Shown here: positions 36,559 through 46,473 of the stretch, piece by piece | Position numbering within the stretch: position 1 is the first letter of the stretch | How the letters are laid out: the number at the start of each line of letters is the position of its first letter | From: a virus | Lineage: Duplodnaviria > Caudoviricetes | Reading direction: 5' to 3' (one strand) | Length of the DNA stretch: 49,731 bases | Virus record (IMG/VR): IMGVR_UViG_3300012942_000061 | Location: 1 to 49,731 of that record | The notes under the pieces: model-generated | Seen by the model: the letters and a program-made list of their open reading frames with translations, nothing else | Database searches by the model: none | Told to the model about the DNA's origin: nothing | Made by a program: the position numbers and the translations under genes

Positions 36559-37056
36559 TTAGGTTATATTGTAGTATTCGTTGCTGTATTCTAATGGACT
36601 ATATTCTCCTAATTCTCCTGCTCCACCATCTACAATTGTAATATCACTCGGGACGGGACAACAAGGTATGCAATAACTTTCGGTAAATGCGCCAAAATGG
36701 GTCATAACAAAATCGCCCAATGAAGACGTTATCGTTACCTTTAGGATAAAACTTCCATAAGTGTACATTGCAGGACTAAAGCCATTCCCTAATTGGATAT
36801 TTACATATTTATTGCCATTAGGTGCGATTGTGTACACCCAATTAAAATAACTTGAAGCATCCTCATAAAATGTTTGACCATCATTGCTATAAACTTCGAT
36901 TTTAACGGCTAATCCTGACCCTACAACATCAGTTGAGCCGCCTATTAGCGCCTGCAATAATAAGTCCTCTGGATAAACCAAAGGGTCGCAATAACATGGA
37001 AATCCCGGCACCGGATGATAGTACTGCAAATCGTTAATATCGTAAATCCAAATCAT
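36559..37056 (-). CDS. Minor tail-region protein
   Basis: ORF track; ends GEYSPLEYSNEY. Confidence 0.5.
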   Translation of the reverse strand: MIWIYDINDLQYYHPVPGFPCYCDPLVYPEDLLLQALIGGSTDVVGSGLAVKIEVYSNDGQTFYEDASSYFNWVYTIAPNGNKYVNIQLGNGFSPAMYTYGSFILKVTITSSLGDFVMTHFGAFTESYCIPCCPVPSDITIVDGGAGELGEYSPLEYSNEYYNIT

Positions 37057-37082
37057 TAAGCCACAAAGTTATTGAAAATAAA

Positions 37083-39287
37083 TTATGTTTCGCCTTTTAT
37101 CTCTATGTACTTTCCTATATCATCATTTTCTCCTGAATCATATGATACGGTTATCTCTGTTATTTTAGCATTTTCATAATACAATATCGGCAACTTAATC
37201 GGGGCTAACAATTTTATTTCAGACGAATCCCCGAAAACTTTTAGCTTTTCTAAATCTTCACAACATAATTCAATCTTAACATCCCACTGCAAATTCAATG
37301 TTGGATTATGTTTAGGATCGTCAATCCAATGAAACCAATCGAACAAGTTATCTTTAAATTTTGATTGGAAAAACATAGGATAATTACAAAGCAATGCTGG
37401 CGCACCATAACTCCCAAAATATGATTGAGTGTTATAAAACCCCTGCATATTACTATTCCCACTTAAATCATAAACCTTTACAAAAGTATTTGGGTTATGA
37501 ACAACGTGCCACGGTTGCCCATCATCATTATAATCGGGATTAATTTCAGGCTCTTTCAAGGAACTTCCATTCTGTTCCCATGTATTTTTTGTACGGATAG
37601 ACTTAGCAAAATCATAACCGCTATCTTTATCCCAAATAATAATCTTTGACATACTACAATTATCCTCTTGAAGCAATAGCGCATAATCACAATATTTTCT
37701 AAGTAATGGATAAACTATTGAAGCCATTATAATAAATGTGGAAATATTAATGCTATACAAAGCCCATGTATTAACAGCATTAACCGCATCCATAATATAA
37801 TCTGTGCCTGCCCCGTCAAGCCTAAATCGTGCTGCTCCCATTTGTTGAACAGTCTTATCTATATTTCCGTCATACATGAAATTATTAGTCTTATCCCCTA
37901 AGCTAATATTGTCATTCGTATATGATATTTCCTCGTTTCCTGAACTGTCTGACGGGTCTAAACTATATATTCCCTGCATCAATACCGGCCATTTCTTTTC
38001 TGACCAATTATAGGTAATCCCTGAAAGTATTTTTAATCTATCATCAGAACCTTCCGAAAAATCATATAATGGAACTCCATTAACAAACCAATCTTTTCTC
38101 CAAAAGAAAAGTGTCGGTTGTCCTGCCACCGTTTTAACCATCCATTCGGCATTAAAAAGGCCCTTTAATTGGTCTAAAAATTGGTCTAATGCTAATATTG
38201 GCCTATTACCCTCAATATAGTATCTATCAGTGTTTTGGTCTTTCCCGAAAAATGTTTTGAAGGCACTAAATCCTTTTTCTGACGGGGCATTCAGATATGT
38301 GGCATAATAATATGGATTATCCACATTTTCTTTCATGCCTGAACTTGCATCAATTGTTATTTTCTGACCATGAAATATTGGGGATGATGTCTGGTCAACT
38401 AATACACCGCATTTTTTACACACGTTGTCAATATAATCTCTAATCAATGGAGCGGGATGCATCCTGTCACACCCGGCACTCTCCATATACCAAGATGCAA
38501 TTCCATCTAATGGATTCCACCACTGAAAGTCATCCCCGAAATTAGGATGTCCACCAAATAGCCACGAAATAGCATCAATTATACTCTTAACTATACCTAT
38601 CAATAAAATGATAGCATTTACGATTGGAAATAGTAATATCATTAGAACAGAAGCAAAACCCATGAGCCACCACATAACCACCAATAACCCATTTGGTCGG
38701 GCTTCCCTACAATATAAGAATCTTGGGTGCTTTTTGCCACCATCAGGCACATTCTGAAACCATCCTTGCCAATTATCCGATATTACTGTCTGTTGAATAC
38801 ATTGTAATGCAGGGTCTTTCTGTTGTATCGTTACCGATAATTCGCAAATAGCATCCTCGCTCCATGTTATTTGATTACTATTGATAACAAAATCCTCATA
38901 ACTACCACACCCAACGTCTTCAATCATTACATCAACAGAGTTCATTGGAGCGGAAATACTGTCAATCAACCAATCTTTGATAAAAAAATAAGCATCTCCA
39001 ACGATATTTATCTGACCACTTGCACTTTTTTGTGGATTATTAGCACCCGGAGCAGAATATCCGGTATCATCCCTTTGCTTAGTCCATGTTAACTTTAATT
39101 CATCAAGATTGCTAATGCTATCTGTAAAGTCAATGTATGTGGGCTGTGGAACTGTGCCTAAGACGGGCTTTAAACTTGCAGGATTAGCACCGGCATATAT
39201 GATATTTGAGCCTGTTACAATACCCGTACCCGGCATATTTGATATTGCCTGATATTGGGTATGCCGTAATTTTATCCTTATTTCCAT
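37083..39287 (-). CDS. Large tail-tip protein with predicted membrane segments
   Basis: Directly after the tape measure gene; hydrophobic stretch LLVVMWWLMGFASVLMILLFPIVNAIILLIGIV. Confidence 0.6.
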   Translation of the reverse strand: MEIRIKLRHTQYQAISNMPGTGIVTGSNIIYAGANPASLKPVLGTVPQPTYIDFTDSISNLDELKLTWTKQRDDTGYSAPGANNPQKSASGQINIVGDAYFFIKDWLIDSISAPMNSVDVMIEDVGCGSYEDFVINSNQITWSEDAICELSVTIQQKDPALQCIQQTVISDNWQGWFQNVPDGGKKHPRFLYCREARPNGLLVVMWWLMGFASVLMILLFPIVNAIILLIGIVKSIIDAISWLFGGHPNFGDDFQWWNPLDGIASWYMESAGCDRMHPAPLIRDYIDNVCKKCGVLVDQTSSPIFHGQKITIDASSGMKENVDNPYYYATYLNAPSEKGFSAFKTFFGKDQNTDRYYIEGNRPILALDQFLDQLKGLFNAEWMVKTVAGQPTLFFWRKDWFVNGVPLYDFSEGSDDRLKILSGITYNWSEKKWPVLMQGIYSLDPSDSSGNEEISYTNDNISLGDKTNNFMYDGNIDKTVQQMGAARFRLDGAGTDYIMDAVNAVNTWALYSINISTFIIMASIVYPLLRKYCDYALLLQEDNCSMSKIIIWDKDSGYDFAKSIRTKNTWEQNGSSLKEPEINPDYNDDGQPWHVVHNPNTFVKVYDLSGNSNMQGFYNTQSYFGSYGAPALLCNYPMFFQSKFKDNLFDWFHWIDDPKHNPTLNLQWDVKIELCCEDLEKLKVFGDSSEIKLLAPIKLPILYYENAKITEITVSYDSGENDDIGKYIEIKGET

Positions 39288-42200
39288 CGCCTTCTATCCA
39301 TTGAAGTATGTTTTTCAATAAGTTGCGTTACTCCATTGCCATCTAATTTGTTCTCTGCCCGTATCTTAGTGGCGTAAATTGCTTCGGTAACGCTATCTAA
39401 TTTTGACGAAAGTACGCCAAAATCCTCTTTTGTAGCATAAATACTTCCGGAATCTCTTTTTAATGCCGCAATATTAGGCTTTAAAATCGGCATCTTACCT
39501 TGATTCATCATTTCCAACATTGGGCGATATTTGGACGTATTGGCGGCATTAACGACATATTCCCCTTTATGAACAACACCTGCGGGCTGATACTTTCCTC
39601 CATCGCCCGTGTAACCACCTTCTGAATATCCACCGACATTTGCTTGCGTTGAGAAACTACTTGCAAATGCATACCCTGCGCCTAATGCAGCAATAAAGGC
39701 GGCCACTGTTGCTGCCGATAACCATCCGCCACCTGATAATGCAGCTTTTGCGACACCTGCCACTGCATAAGACAATGTCAACGCGGCATTTATAGACCTT
39801 TCCCGTGCTGCCATCTTTTCTCTTTCGGCTTGCATTTTCCTTAAACGCTCTTGCTCCATCGTTAAAGCCGCTGCATTGCCTCTTTCTGCCAGTATTTGCG
39901 CTTGTGTAACCGCAAACTGCTGATATTGTATTTGACGGTCTAATTGGGCAATTCTTTCATCAGCAATGCTTGTATAAACATCTTCTGCCGTTTTCTGTAA
40001 ATCAACTAATAAGCCAATAGCAGCATCGGCTTTCTTTTTCGGGTCTTGTGTGCCAAATAAATTATCCCAAAAATTATTCTCTCGTGCTTGTGGATTATTT
40101 ATGTTTTTTAAAGCCCTATCAACCGTTCCTTGCGCATCTTTTGTTAATCCTTTATTGCTAATATTTATCGGCAATAAATCAATAGTTAATCCATTTAATT
40201 CGCCACTTGTGCTAATTATGTCATTGGCGTATTTCTGAATATCATTTTTTAATCCTAATTCTGCTGCTACATTCTTTTTTAACTTAAATCCTTTTATCTC
40301 AAATGATAAATCAATCCCTTTTATATCAAAGTTGCTGATATTACTAAGTGTTGCCTGCATCCCTTTAAATACTGGCGCATTGATATCTCCACCATTATTT
40401 ACATATCGTGCAATAAGACCTTTTACCAGTGCTTGCTGTATCAATAATTCTCTGTACCTTGAATTTGCCTGTTTTTCAGCCTCTATTTGCTTATCAATAT
40501 CTCCATATCTTTCCCTCGCTATTTGCTCAATAGTTTTGGATTCAGGATGCTTACCACCTGGTGGCACAACGGTAGGGGCATTTATTGTAGTTGTTTCTTT
40601 TTTCTTATCTAAACCTGCCAATTGCTCTCTAAGCCTTGTCAATTCAGAAACTTGTGCCTCATACTCATTAATAACATTATTCTTGCTTATTCCTGCAACC
40701 TTGCCAGCACCCACCAAAGGATTGTCGAAATTATCCATTGTATTTGCAAGATTATCAATCTTTTTCCTTGTATCGGCAATCTGTTTTAATAATACAGCCC
40801 TATCATTTGAATTTTCTTTTTCAATATCAAGATTTTTGTTTAATTCTTGACCTAACGTTATTCCTTTTTTTAAATCCTGATTTGCAATAGCATATTGTAA
40901 TAAAGCCCTTTCATATTCTCCAACTTCTGATGCGGAAAGAGAAATGCCTTTCGTATTTTTTAACTGAATTGCATCTAATCTCTTATTTAGGCTTAATCCA
41001 TCAAAAAAAGAGGTAAGTCTATCAATCTGCAATGCTGCATTTGCTGATGTCCTATTACCGGCAAAACCTCCAAATCCATATCTTTTAATAGTTTCTGCAG
41101 TCAATTTATCCAAGTCAATATTAGCAACCTGATTTGGACTTAATCCTCCCTTTATTAAAAGACTTCTAATATCAACCGCTGCACGTGCTTTTTTAGATTG
41201 ATTTTCTACATTTTCAGCTGTTTGCTTATCAGCAGCAGCCGAAGCTCCGGCCAATCTTATCCGTGCCTCATAAAGCCCATTTATATCAGATAAAGATGCT
41301 CTTAATAAATTATTAGATGCTGTTTCTAAGTCTATATTCTGAATTAAATCAGGATAACGGCTATTTAATTCAGATATAATAGCTGAACGATCTGTTCCTT
41401 TCTCATTAGCCTGTATCAATTCGCCAATCAAAGCACCATAAGCATCCCGTTCCTTTTCAATTTCAGCAGCAGGATTTAAGTCCATCCAATCTAAAATAGA
41501 CTTGTTTATATCAGTCAATGCTTCATTAAATGCTATAACCGGATTGGTTAGTTTTTCTCCAAATCCTTGTTCTACTAATTGTGTCAATGCTTTTCTATGA
41601 GCAATAGCACCAGCAATGGTATTATTTATCTGTTTCGACATTAAATTATCAAACCGACCACCTGCATTTGTAGCATCAATAAACGCCTGCTGAACTTGCT
41701 TAAACGAAATCTGTCCCTTAGACATCTGTTTCGTTAGTTCAGCCATAGAAACGCCTGTACGCTTACTAATTTCCTCCAAAGGATTAAACCCTGCTTCCGT
41801 TAATTGGCGCAACTCCTGACCCATTAAATGTCCTTTGCTCTGTATCTGACCAAAAGCCAATATTAACTGCGGCATTTTTTCAATACCAACACCTGCCGCA
41901 ACATTACCTAATGCTGTTAAATCGGTAGTAACGTCTTCCGCTGCAACACCATAGGCCAATAGCCTTTTTGTATAATCTACCGCATCATTAAATCCAAATG
42001 TACTCGTTAAACTCAAATCTTTTAGGTCGGAAATCAGCTTATTTGCTTGTGCTTGACTACCAACCATAACGGAGAATGAAGTTTTAATCTCATCTAAATT
42101 AATGGCCGCTTGCGCACTATCGGAAACAAATGTTTTCATGCCCTCAAACACCCTAAATGCAGCCCCAAATGCCAACACCCCAGCACCAATGCCGAAGCCT

Positions 42201-42937
42201 CTTTTTAATGACGCTGCAAGCCCATATCTTCCACCATTATATCTTGAACCTCTTGCTCCACCAATAGCTCCTATTTGATTTTGTACTTGTTCTATTTGCC
42301 TATTAAATCCTCTCGCTTCGGCAGCCGTCCCTGCCTGTCTTTGGGCGACTTGTAATTCTTTTAACTTAGCTTCTAATCTTTCAATATAGCCAATACGCCT
42401 ATTGGTTAGGTTGTTTAATCTTTCTAATTCTGCACTTCCACTCCTTGCTATATCATTTTGGGTTGCAATCATTCTTTCGCTTGCTAATATCTCATCTCTT
42501 GATGCATTATGGGGTACGCCAATTGTTCTTGCTTTTAATTTAGCCTCTGATATTAACTGTATTTGTCTTTCAATTAATCCATTTTGCCTAATAAGATTTT
42601 CTGTTTGTTTTTGTGAATTTACTACCCATGCATTTGAACTTTGTAATTGATTACTTTGCCTAACCAAATTATTATTTTCAGATTGTGCAGCATTAACACC
42701 CTTTTGCGCACTCTGCAAACTTTTAACCAAATCATTAGCCTCCTTTAATTGTGCCTTTAATTTGGTAATTTCATTATTGGCATTCGACAATCCTCCCGTG
42801 CCGACTTTCTTATCCAATAAGCCAGTAAGTTGCGTTATTGATATTTTTAATTTCTCAATATTGCTCTGAAAGGTCTTGAATGTAGCATCTTCCCGAACAG
42901 TGAAACTTAAATTATGGATAACATCTATACCAGCCAT
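39278..42937 (-). CDS. Tail tape measure protein
   Basis: 1219 aa helical protein; SFSVMVGS...AFGQIQSKGHLMGQELRQLTEAG and C-terminal GGYTGDGGKYQPAGVVHKGEYV. Confidence 0.92.
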   Translation of the reverse strand: MAGIDVIHNLSFTVREDATFKTFQSNIEKLKISITQLTGLLDKKVGTGGLSNANNEITKLKAQLKEANDLVKSLQSAQKGVNAAQSENNNLVRQSNQLQSSNAWVVNSQKQTENLIRQNGLIERQIQLISEAKLKARTIGVPHNASRDEILASERMIATQNDIARSGSAELERLNNLTNRRIGYIERLEAKLKELQVAQRQAGTAAEARGFNRQIEQVQNQIGAIGGARGSRYNGGRYGLAASLKRGFGIGAGVLAFGAAFRVFEGMKTFVSDSAQAAINLDEIKTSFSVMVGSQAQANKLISDLKDLSLTSTFGFNDAVDYTKRLLAYGVAAEDVTTDLTALGNVAAGVGIEKMPQLILAFGQIQSKGHLMGQELRQLTEAGFNPLEEISKRTGVSMAELTKQMSKGQISFKQVQQAFIDATNAGGRFDNLMSKQINNTIAGAIAHRKALTQLVEQGFGEKLTNPVIAFNEALTDINKSILDWMDLNPAAEIEKERDAYGALIGELIQANEKGTDRSAIISELNSRYPDLIQNIDLETASNNLLRASLSDINGLYEARIRLAGASAAADKQTAENVENQSKKARAAVDIRSLLIKGGLSPNQVANIDLDKLTAETIKRYGFGGFAGNRTSANAALQIDRLTSFFDGLSLNKRLDAIQLKNTKGISLSASEVGEYERALLQYAIANQDLKKGITLGQELNKNLDIEKENSNDRAVLLKQIADTRKKIDNLANTMDNFDNPLVGAGKVAGISKNNVINEYEAQVSELTRLREQLAGLDKKKETTTINAPTVVPPGGKHPESKTIEQIARERYGDIDKQIEAEKQANSRYRELLIQQALVKGLIARYVNNGGDINAPVFKGMQATLSNISNFDIKGIDLSFEIKGFKLKKNVAAELGLKNDIQKYANDIISTSGELNGLTIDLLPINISNKGLTKDAQGTVDRALKNINNPQARENNFWDNLFGTQDPKKKADAAIGLLVDLQKTAEDVYTSIADERIAQLDRQIQYQQFAVTQAQILAERGNAAALTMEQERLRKMQAEREKMAARERSINAALTLSYAVAGVAKAALSGGGWLSAATVAAFIAALGAGYAFASSFSTQANVGGYSEGGYTGDGGKYQPAGVVHKGEYVVNAANTSKYRPMLEMMNQGKMPILKPNIAALKRDSGSIYATKEDFGVLSSKLDSVTEAIYATKIRAENKLDGNGVTQLIEKHTSMDRRRWK

Positions 42938-42961
42938 GTTTGATATTTTTCACAAAGTTAC

Positions 42962-42998
42962 AAAAAAATAGCCCATCATATTAAGATAGGCTATTTTT
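42962..42998 (-). terminator. Rho-independent (possibly bidirectional) terminator
   Basis: AAAAATAGCC...GGCTATTTTT inverted repeat with T-tracts. Confidence 0.75.
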
Positions 42999-43002
42999 GT
43001 TT

Positions 43003-43311
43003 TTAGAACGGCAAGTTATCATCATCCGTTTGTTGTGGCATATTTGGTGGAGTTTCTGCTCTTGACACATTGTCCGGTATAGCCTGATTACTTTTCTGCC
43101 CGCCAATTACTTTAATATTGCCCAAAATATTACCACGAACACCACTAGCTTTTTCTTCTTTGGTTACCGATTGTACAATCATCCCCCGATTGCCATATTG
43201 GTCATCTATATCATTAACGAAAATAACACAATCCAAATATGTGCCCTTCCACCCCTTGAATAATCGGGATTTTTCAATCTTTGTAACGTCAATCTTTGCG
43301 CTGATAATCAT
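43003..43311 (-). CDS. SSB-like protein
   Basis: IDVTKI...GTYLD...DQYGN...ILGN; acidic DDDNLPF tail. Confidence 0.65.
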   Translation of the reverse strand: MIISAKIDVTKIEKSRLFKGWKGTYLDCVIFVNDIDDQYGNRGMIVQSVTKEEKASGVRGNILGNIKVIGGQKSNQAIPDNVSRAETPPNMPQQTDDDNLPF

Positions 43312-43323
43312 ATATATTTGTTT

Positions 43324-43527
43324 TTAATCTAAAATGCAAATTAACTCATTTTTTTCTGTTGAAATTTCAATATCGAAATGCCATGTTTCTTCTTCACACA
43401 ATGATAGACAATATTTTATGCTATTTCTACCCTCTATTTTTATGGCTGTTATCATTCTTTGTCTCTGTTTAATATCAGTAACCAAGAATACAATTTGCCC
43501 TATATCTAATGGTGTTCTAATTATCAT
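43324..43527 (-). CDS. Hypothetical protein
   Basis: DIGQIVFLVTD..Q..RMIT. Confidence 0.6.
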   Translation of the reverse strand: MIIRTPLDIGQIVFLVTDIKQRQRMITAIKIEGRNSIKYCLSLCEEETWHFDIEISTEKNELICILD

Positions 43528-43832
43528 TTTTTAGTTTTCTCAAATTGAGCATTATGCCATTCGACATATACTTTCCTGTCTTTCAATCTTGTGTAATATT
43601 CTGCAATGGAGCAATCCAAAAAGTAATCCATTTCCCTGAAATTGCCTTCATAAGCTATTAATGCACCATTCCTAAACCCATCTATCAATTCATCTATTTT
43701 TGTGACAGGGTGCTTTGCGGCATCAGCGATTCCAACACTTTCTTCCGATTCATCAAATATTCCATATCTTTTAAATCCTCCGATAAATCTTTGTAGGCTT
43801 CCGTAGATGCGATACCCACTTGCAAAAAAAAA
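43524..43832 (-). CDS. -1 frameshift extension (gpT-like) of the tail assembly chaperone
   Basis: The -1 frame opens exactly at a T9 run (43832-43824) and stays open to TGA 43526-43524, overlapping the next ATG. Confidence 0.65.
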   Translation of the reverse strand, partial: FFFASGYRIYGSLQRFIGGFKRYGIFDESEESVGIADAAKHPVTKIDELIDGFRNGALIAYEGNFREMDYFLDCSIAEYYTRLKDRKVYVEWHNAQFEKTKK

Positions 43833-44269
43833 TCATACAATTCAGGATCGGGTTTTATCCCTTGTTGAATATTGCCTTTAGCCAATAACTCCTTTTGTGC
43901 CGTATATGCCAAAGAATAATTGTCAGGGTCTTCCCCCTCAATAAAAACGTAAATAGCCCCCATGCGAATCCCGCACTCATCGTCAATTGGATAAGACATG
44001 CGATACTTCATGTTGTTGCAATAAACGGCTATATCTGACTTTAAACGCTTATTGTCTTTCTCATCATTGACCAAATCTAATATCTTGTCCACCAAATATC
44101 CGAAAACGTCCTTATTGCCTCCTGCAGCTGAATAAATATTCTGCGCATTTGCCGCTATCTGTCTGCTAATGTGATAATCGGATAAATTCGCAGGCATATA
44201 AAACTTTTTGCCATGAACCTTACTCTCGAATACCTCTTTGTATTTTGGATTGTCCTTAAAACTAAACAT
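43694..44269 (-). CDS. Putative tail assembly chaperone (gpG-like)
   Basis: 191 aa upstream of the tape measure gene; slippery GAT TTT TTT TTG (DFFL). Confidence 0.65.
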   Translation of the reverse strand: MFSFKDNPKYKEVFESKVHGKKFYMPANLSDYHISRQIAANAQNIYSAAGGNKDVFGYLVDKILDLVNDEKDNKRLKSDIAVYCNNMKYRMSYPIDDECGIRMGAIYVFIEGEDPDNYSLAYTAQKELLAKGNIQQGIKPDPELYDFFLQVGIASTEAYKDLSEDLKDMEYLMNRKKVLESLMPQSTLSQK

Positions 44270-44274
44270 AGATA

Positions 44275-44565
44275 TTATTTTTCATCCTTTATGAATATAC
44301 CACCAACCATCTTGCCTTTCCTATCCTTAATCTCATGGTATGCCGAATCAACACAAGCATTAAAGTCCAATCCTAATTGCTCACATAAGCAAACTAAAAC
44401 AACAACCACGTCCCCCACACTATCTATCTGCTGTTCACGATTATCCTTGTTTAATCCGTTGGCTAATTCTCCAACTTCTTCCATCAACTTGCACATCTGC
44501 ACCTTCGGGTCTGCCGTATGCAAGTTTCTATCACGAACCCATTTTTTTATTTTTTCTATCATCAT
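44275..44565 (-). CDS. MazG-like nucleotide pyrophosphohydrolase
   Basis: W..DRNL, KLMEEVGEL, DSVGD and AYHEIKDRKGKMVGGIFIKD. Confidence 0.9.
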   Translation of the reverse strand: MMIEKIKKWVRDRNLHTADPKVQMCKLMEEVGELANGLNKDNREQQIDSVGDVVVVLVCLCEQLGLDFNACVDSAYHEIKDRKGKMVGGIFIKDEK

Positions 44566-44786
44566 TTTATAACCTCAAATTTAATTCCGTCCGTAAATCC
44601 AAATTCATCAAACACGGCTGTCATTCGTATTTCTTCGGTTGGACTAAACCCCAATTCGTAACCTCCATCAACTTTTGATATAAATTGGGTTAAGTCCACT
44701 CCCTGACGCATGGATATTGCGCATATTAACTGCAAATCAGTTACCGACAAACTTGCAGGATTCTTATCCTTACAATTTAATCTCAT
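44562..44786 (-). CDS. Hypothetical protein
   Basis: ORF track; overlaps neighbours. Confidence 0.5.
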   Translation of the reverse strand: MRLNCKDKNPASLSVTDLQLICAISMRQGVDLTQFISKVDGGYELGFSPTEEIRMTAVFDEFGFTDGIKFEVIK

Positions 44787-44922
44787 CTTTCAACCATTTT
44801 TTTAGTAACATACAAATCAATGTCGATAAACTAATACCCTTAGCCTCCAACTTAGGCTTTAATGCCTCCTTATCATCCGCACTTATTCGTGCCGCAATGT
44901 ATTTATCTTTTATTTTTGCCAT
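44770..44922 (-). CDS. Ribbon-helix-helix-like DNA-binding protein
   Basis: Manual translation MAKIKDKYIAARISADDKEALKPKLEAKGISLSTLICMLLKKWLKDEIKL*. Confidence 0.65.
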   Translation of the reverse strand: MAKIKDKYIAARISADDKEALKPKLEAKGISLSTLICMLLKKWLKDEIKL

Positions 44923-45141
44923 GAATATTTTTTTTAAAATATGGCACTCTGGCAGTTCCCGCCTCTGTGATGGGCTTATAGCAAATTTAGTATTAGCCTA
45001 CAAACAAATGATAACTAATGGCAGCCCACCTGTGTCTAACCCAGCCACCAGAATACAGCTCAAGGGTATGTCCTATCATTTGTAGCACGTTCGGCAACAA
45101 AGATAAAACAATTATTTTGATTTTTGAGATTTTTTTGAAAA

Positions 45142-46473
45142 TTATTTAAACCTCATGTATTTTTCGATATATTTCAGGTCATACGTCTGAAAATGATACC
45201 TCATCGCATCAAATAAATCCATCTTAAAACGACCCCTATCCTTCTTTAATCGCCCAGCAACACTTGAACCTGAATCTAATTCCGCTATCTGACAATCCTC
45301 TATCAGTTTAGGACATCCAGTCTTACTTATCTTAACCCTATCCTTTATATTGAACATCGTATTGCACAGCATCCGGCTGTCATTATGAAACAAGTTTTTC
45401 TTATTCAAATGCAATTGCCTCGAACTTATCCCTAACATCTCCTGTATTATCGTATAGTAAGTCTGATTCCTACCCGAAAAGCCTACATCATGCCTATTTC
45501 CAGAAGCATCCCCAGTTACATACAATATCTGATGGGGGTAGGTGCTCCGGATTATCTTACACAACTCGTCCAACTGCATCGCTCCACTAAATTCCTTAAT
45601 AAAATGAATAAACTTATTCGTACCCCGCTGTACAGCTATGCAGCTAACAGGGTCGGCATTAAAGTCAAACGTCAAATATATAGGAAACGTCCGCAAATAC
45701 GGCAAATCATCCACAACGTGCTTATCCTCATCAAACGTACTTAACCAACTCGTACCACCATCTGTAACAAACTCTGCCAAATACTCCTGCGCAAACGTAT
45801 CTCTTGGATATGTCCTTTGTGCCTCCTCAAATTCCTCCTTGGGAAATACTGGATTGGTATTACTCGGCATCTGCCATGTCTTCCAACCATCAATCCCATC
45901 CCAATCATGCTTCGCCAAATCATAAAAATAATTCCCCTTACCATTACTCGTACTCAAAAACCAAGCATCCCCCTTGTAATCACTCAAAAATGGCCTAATT
46001 ACCTTTAACCACGCATTCTCTAAGTCATCCACATATGCCGCCTCATCTATGATAATCCGCTTATAAGCACGACCTCTTATCGCATTCGCATTCTCTAAAC
46101 TCCAAAAATCTATTATACCCCCTCCACGCATCTTCCCATCCAAATCCTTCTCATTCCCACTAATAGTCTGTATCCCCAAATCCAATTTCATCCACTTCTC
46201 CTGCTCACTCTTACTCCCAATAATCGGACTTATCATATCCCTCGTATCTCGCCATATCTCATTCATCATCTTATATGTTGGCGCTAAGTACGCTACCGGG
46301 TACCCATTCAATGCTCCATTATTTTCCTCGTCCGCTCCCAATAATAAATTCTTTGCAAGTACAGACTTACCCGTCCTCCGACCAGCAACAAAAACATTAA
46401 ACCGCCTCCTCTCTCGTAACACCTTTTTCTGGTGCTCAAACAAATTCGGTATGTTTATCTCAATTACTTGCAT
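45142..46473 (-). CDS. terL: Terminase large subunit
   Basis: HQ, AGRRTGKS, YLAPTY, IRG...IIDEAA, FAQEYLAEF, TFDFN, GDASG and DLFDAMRY. Confidence 0.95.
   Translation of the reverse strand: MQVIEINIPNLFEHQKKVLRERRRFNVFVAGRRTGKSVLAKNLLLGADEENNGALNGYPVAYLAPTYKMMNEIWRDTRDMISPIIGSKSEQEKWMKLDLGIQTISGNEKDLDGKMRGGGIIDFWSLENANAIRGRAYKRIIIDEAAYVDDLENAWLKVIRPFLSDYKGDAWFLSTSNGKGNYFYDLAKHDWDGIDGWKTWQMPSNTNPVFPKEEFEEAQRTYPRDTFAQEYLAEFVTDGGTSWLSTFDEDKHVVDDLPYLRTFPIYLTFDFNADPVSCIAVQRGTNKFIHFIKEFSGAMQLDELCKIIRSTYPHQILYVTGDASGNRHDVGFSGRNQTYYTIIQEMLGISSRQLHLNKKNLFHNDSRMLCNTMFNIKDRVKISKTGCPKLIEDCQIAELDSGSSVAGRLKKDRGRFKMDLFDAMRYHFQTYDLKYIEKYMRFK

Noticed and set aside
38317-38325. Perfect DnaA box TTATCCACA
   Set aside because: A single copy inside a coding region; not evidence for an origin.
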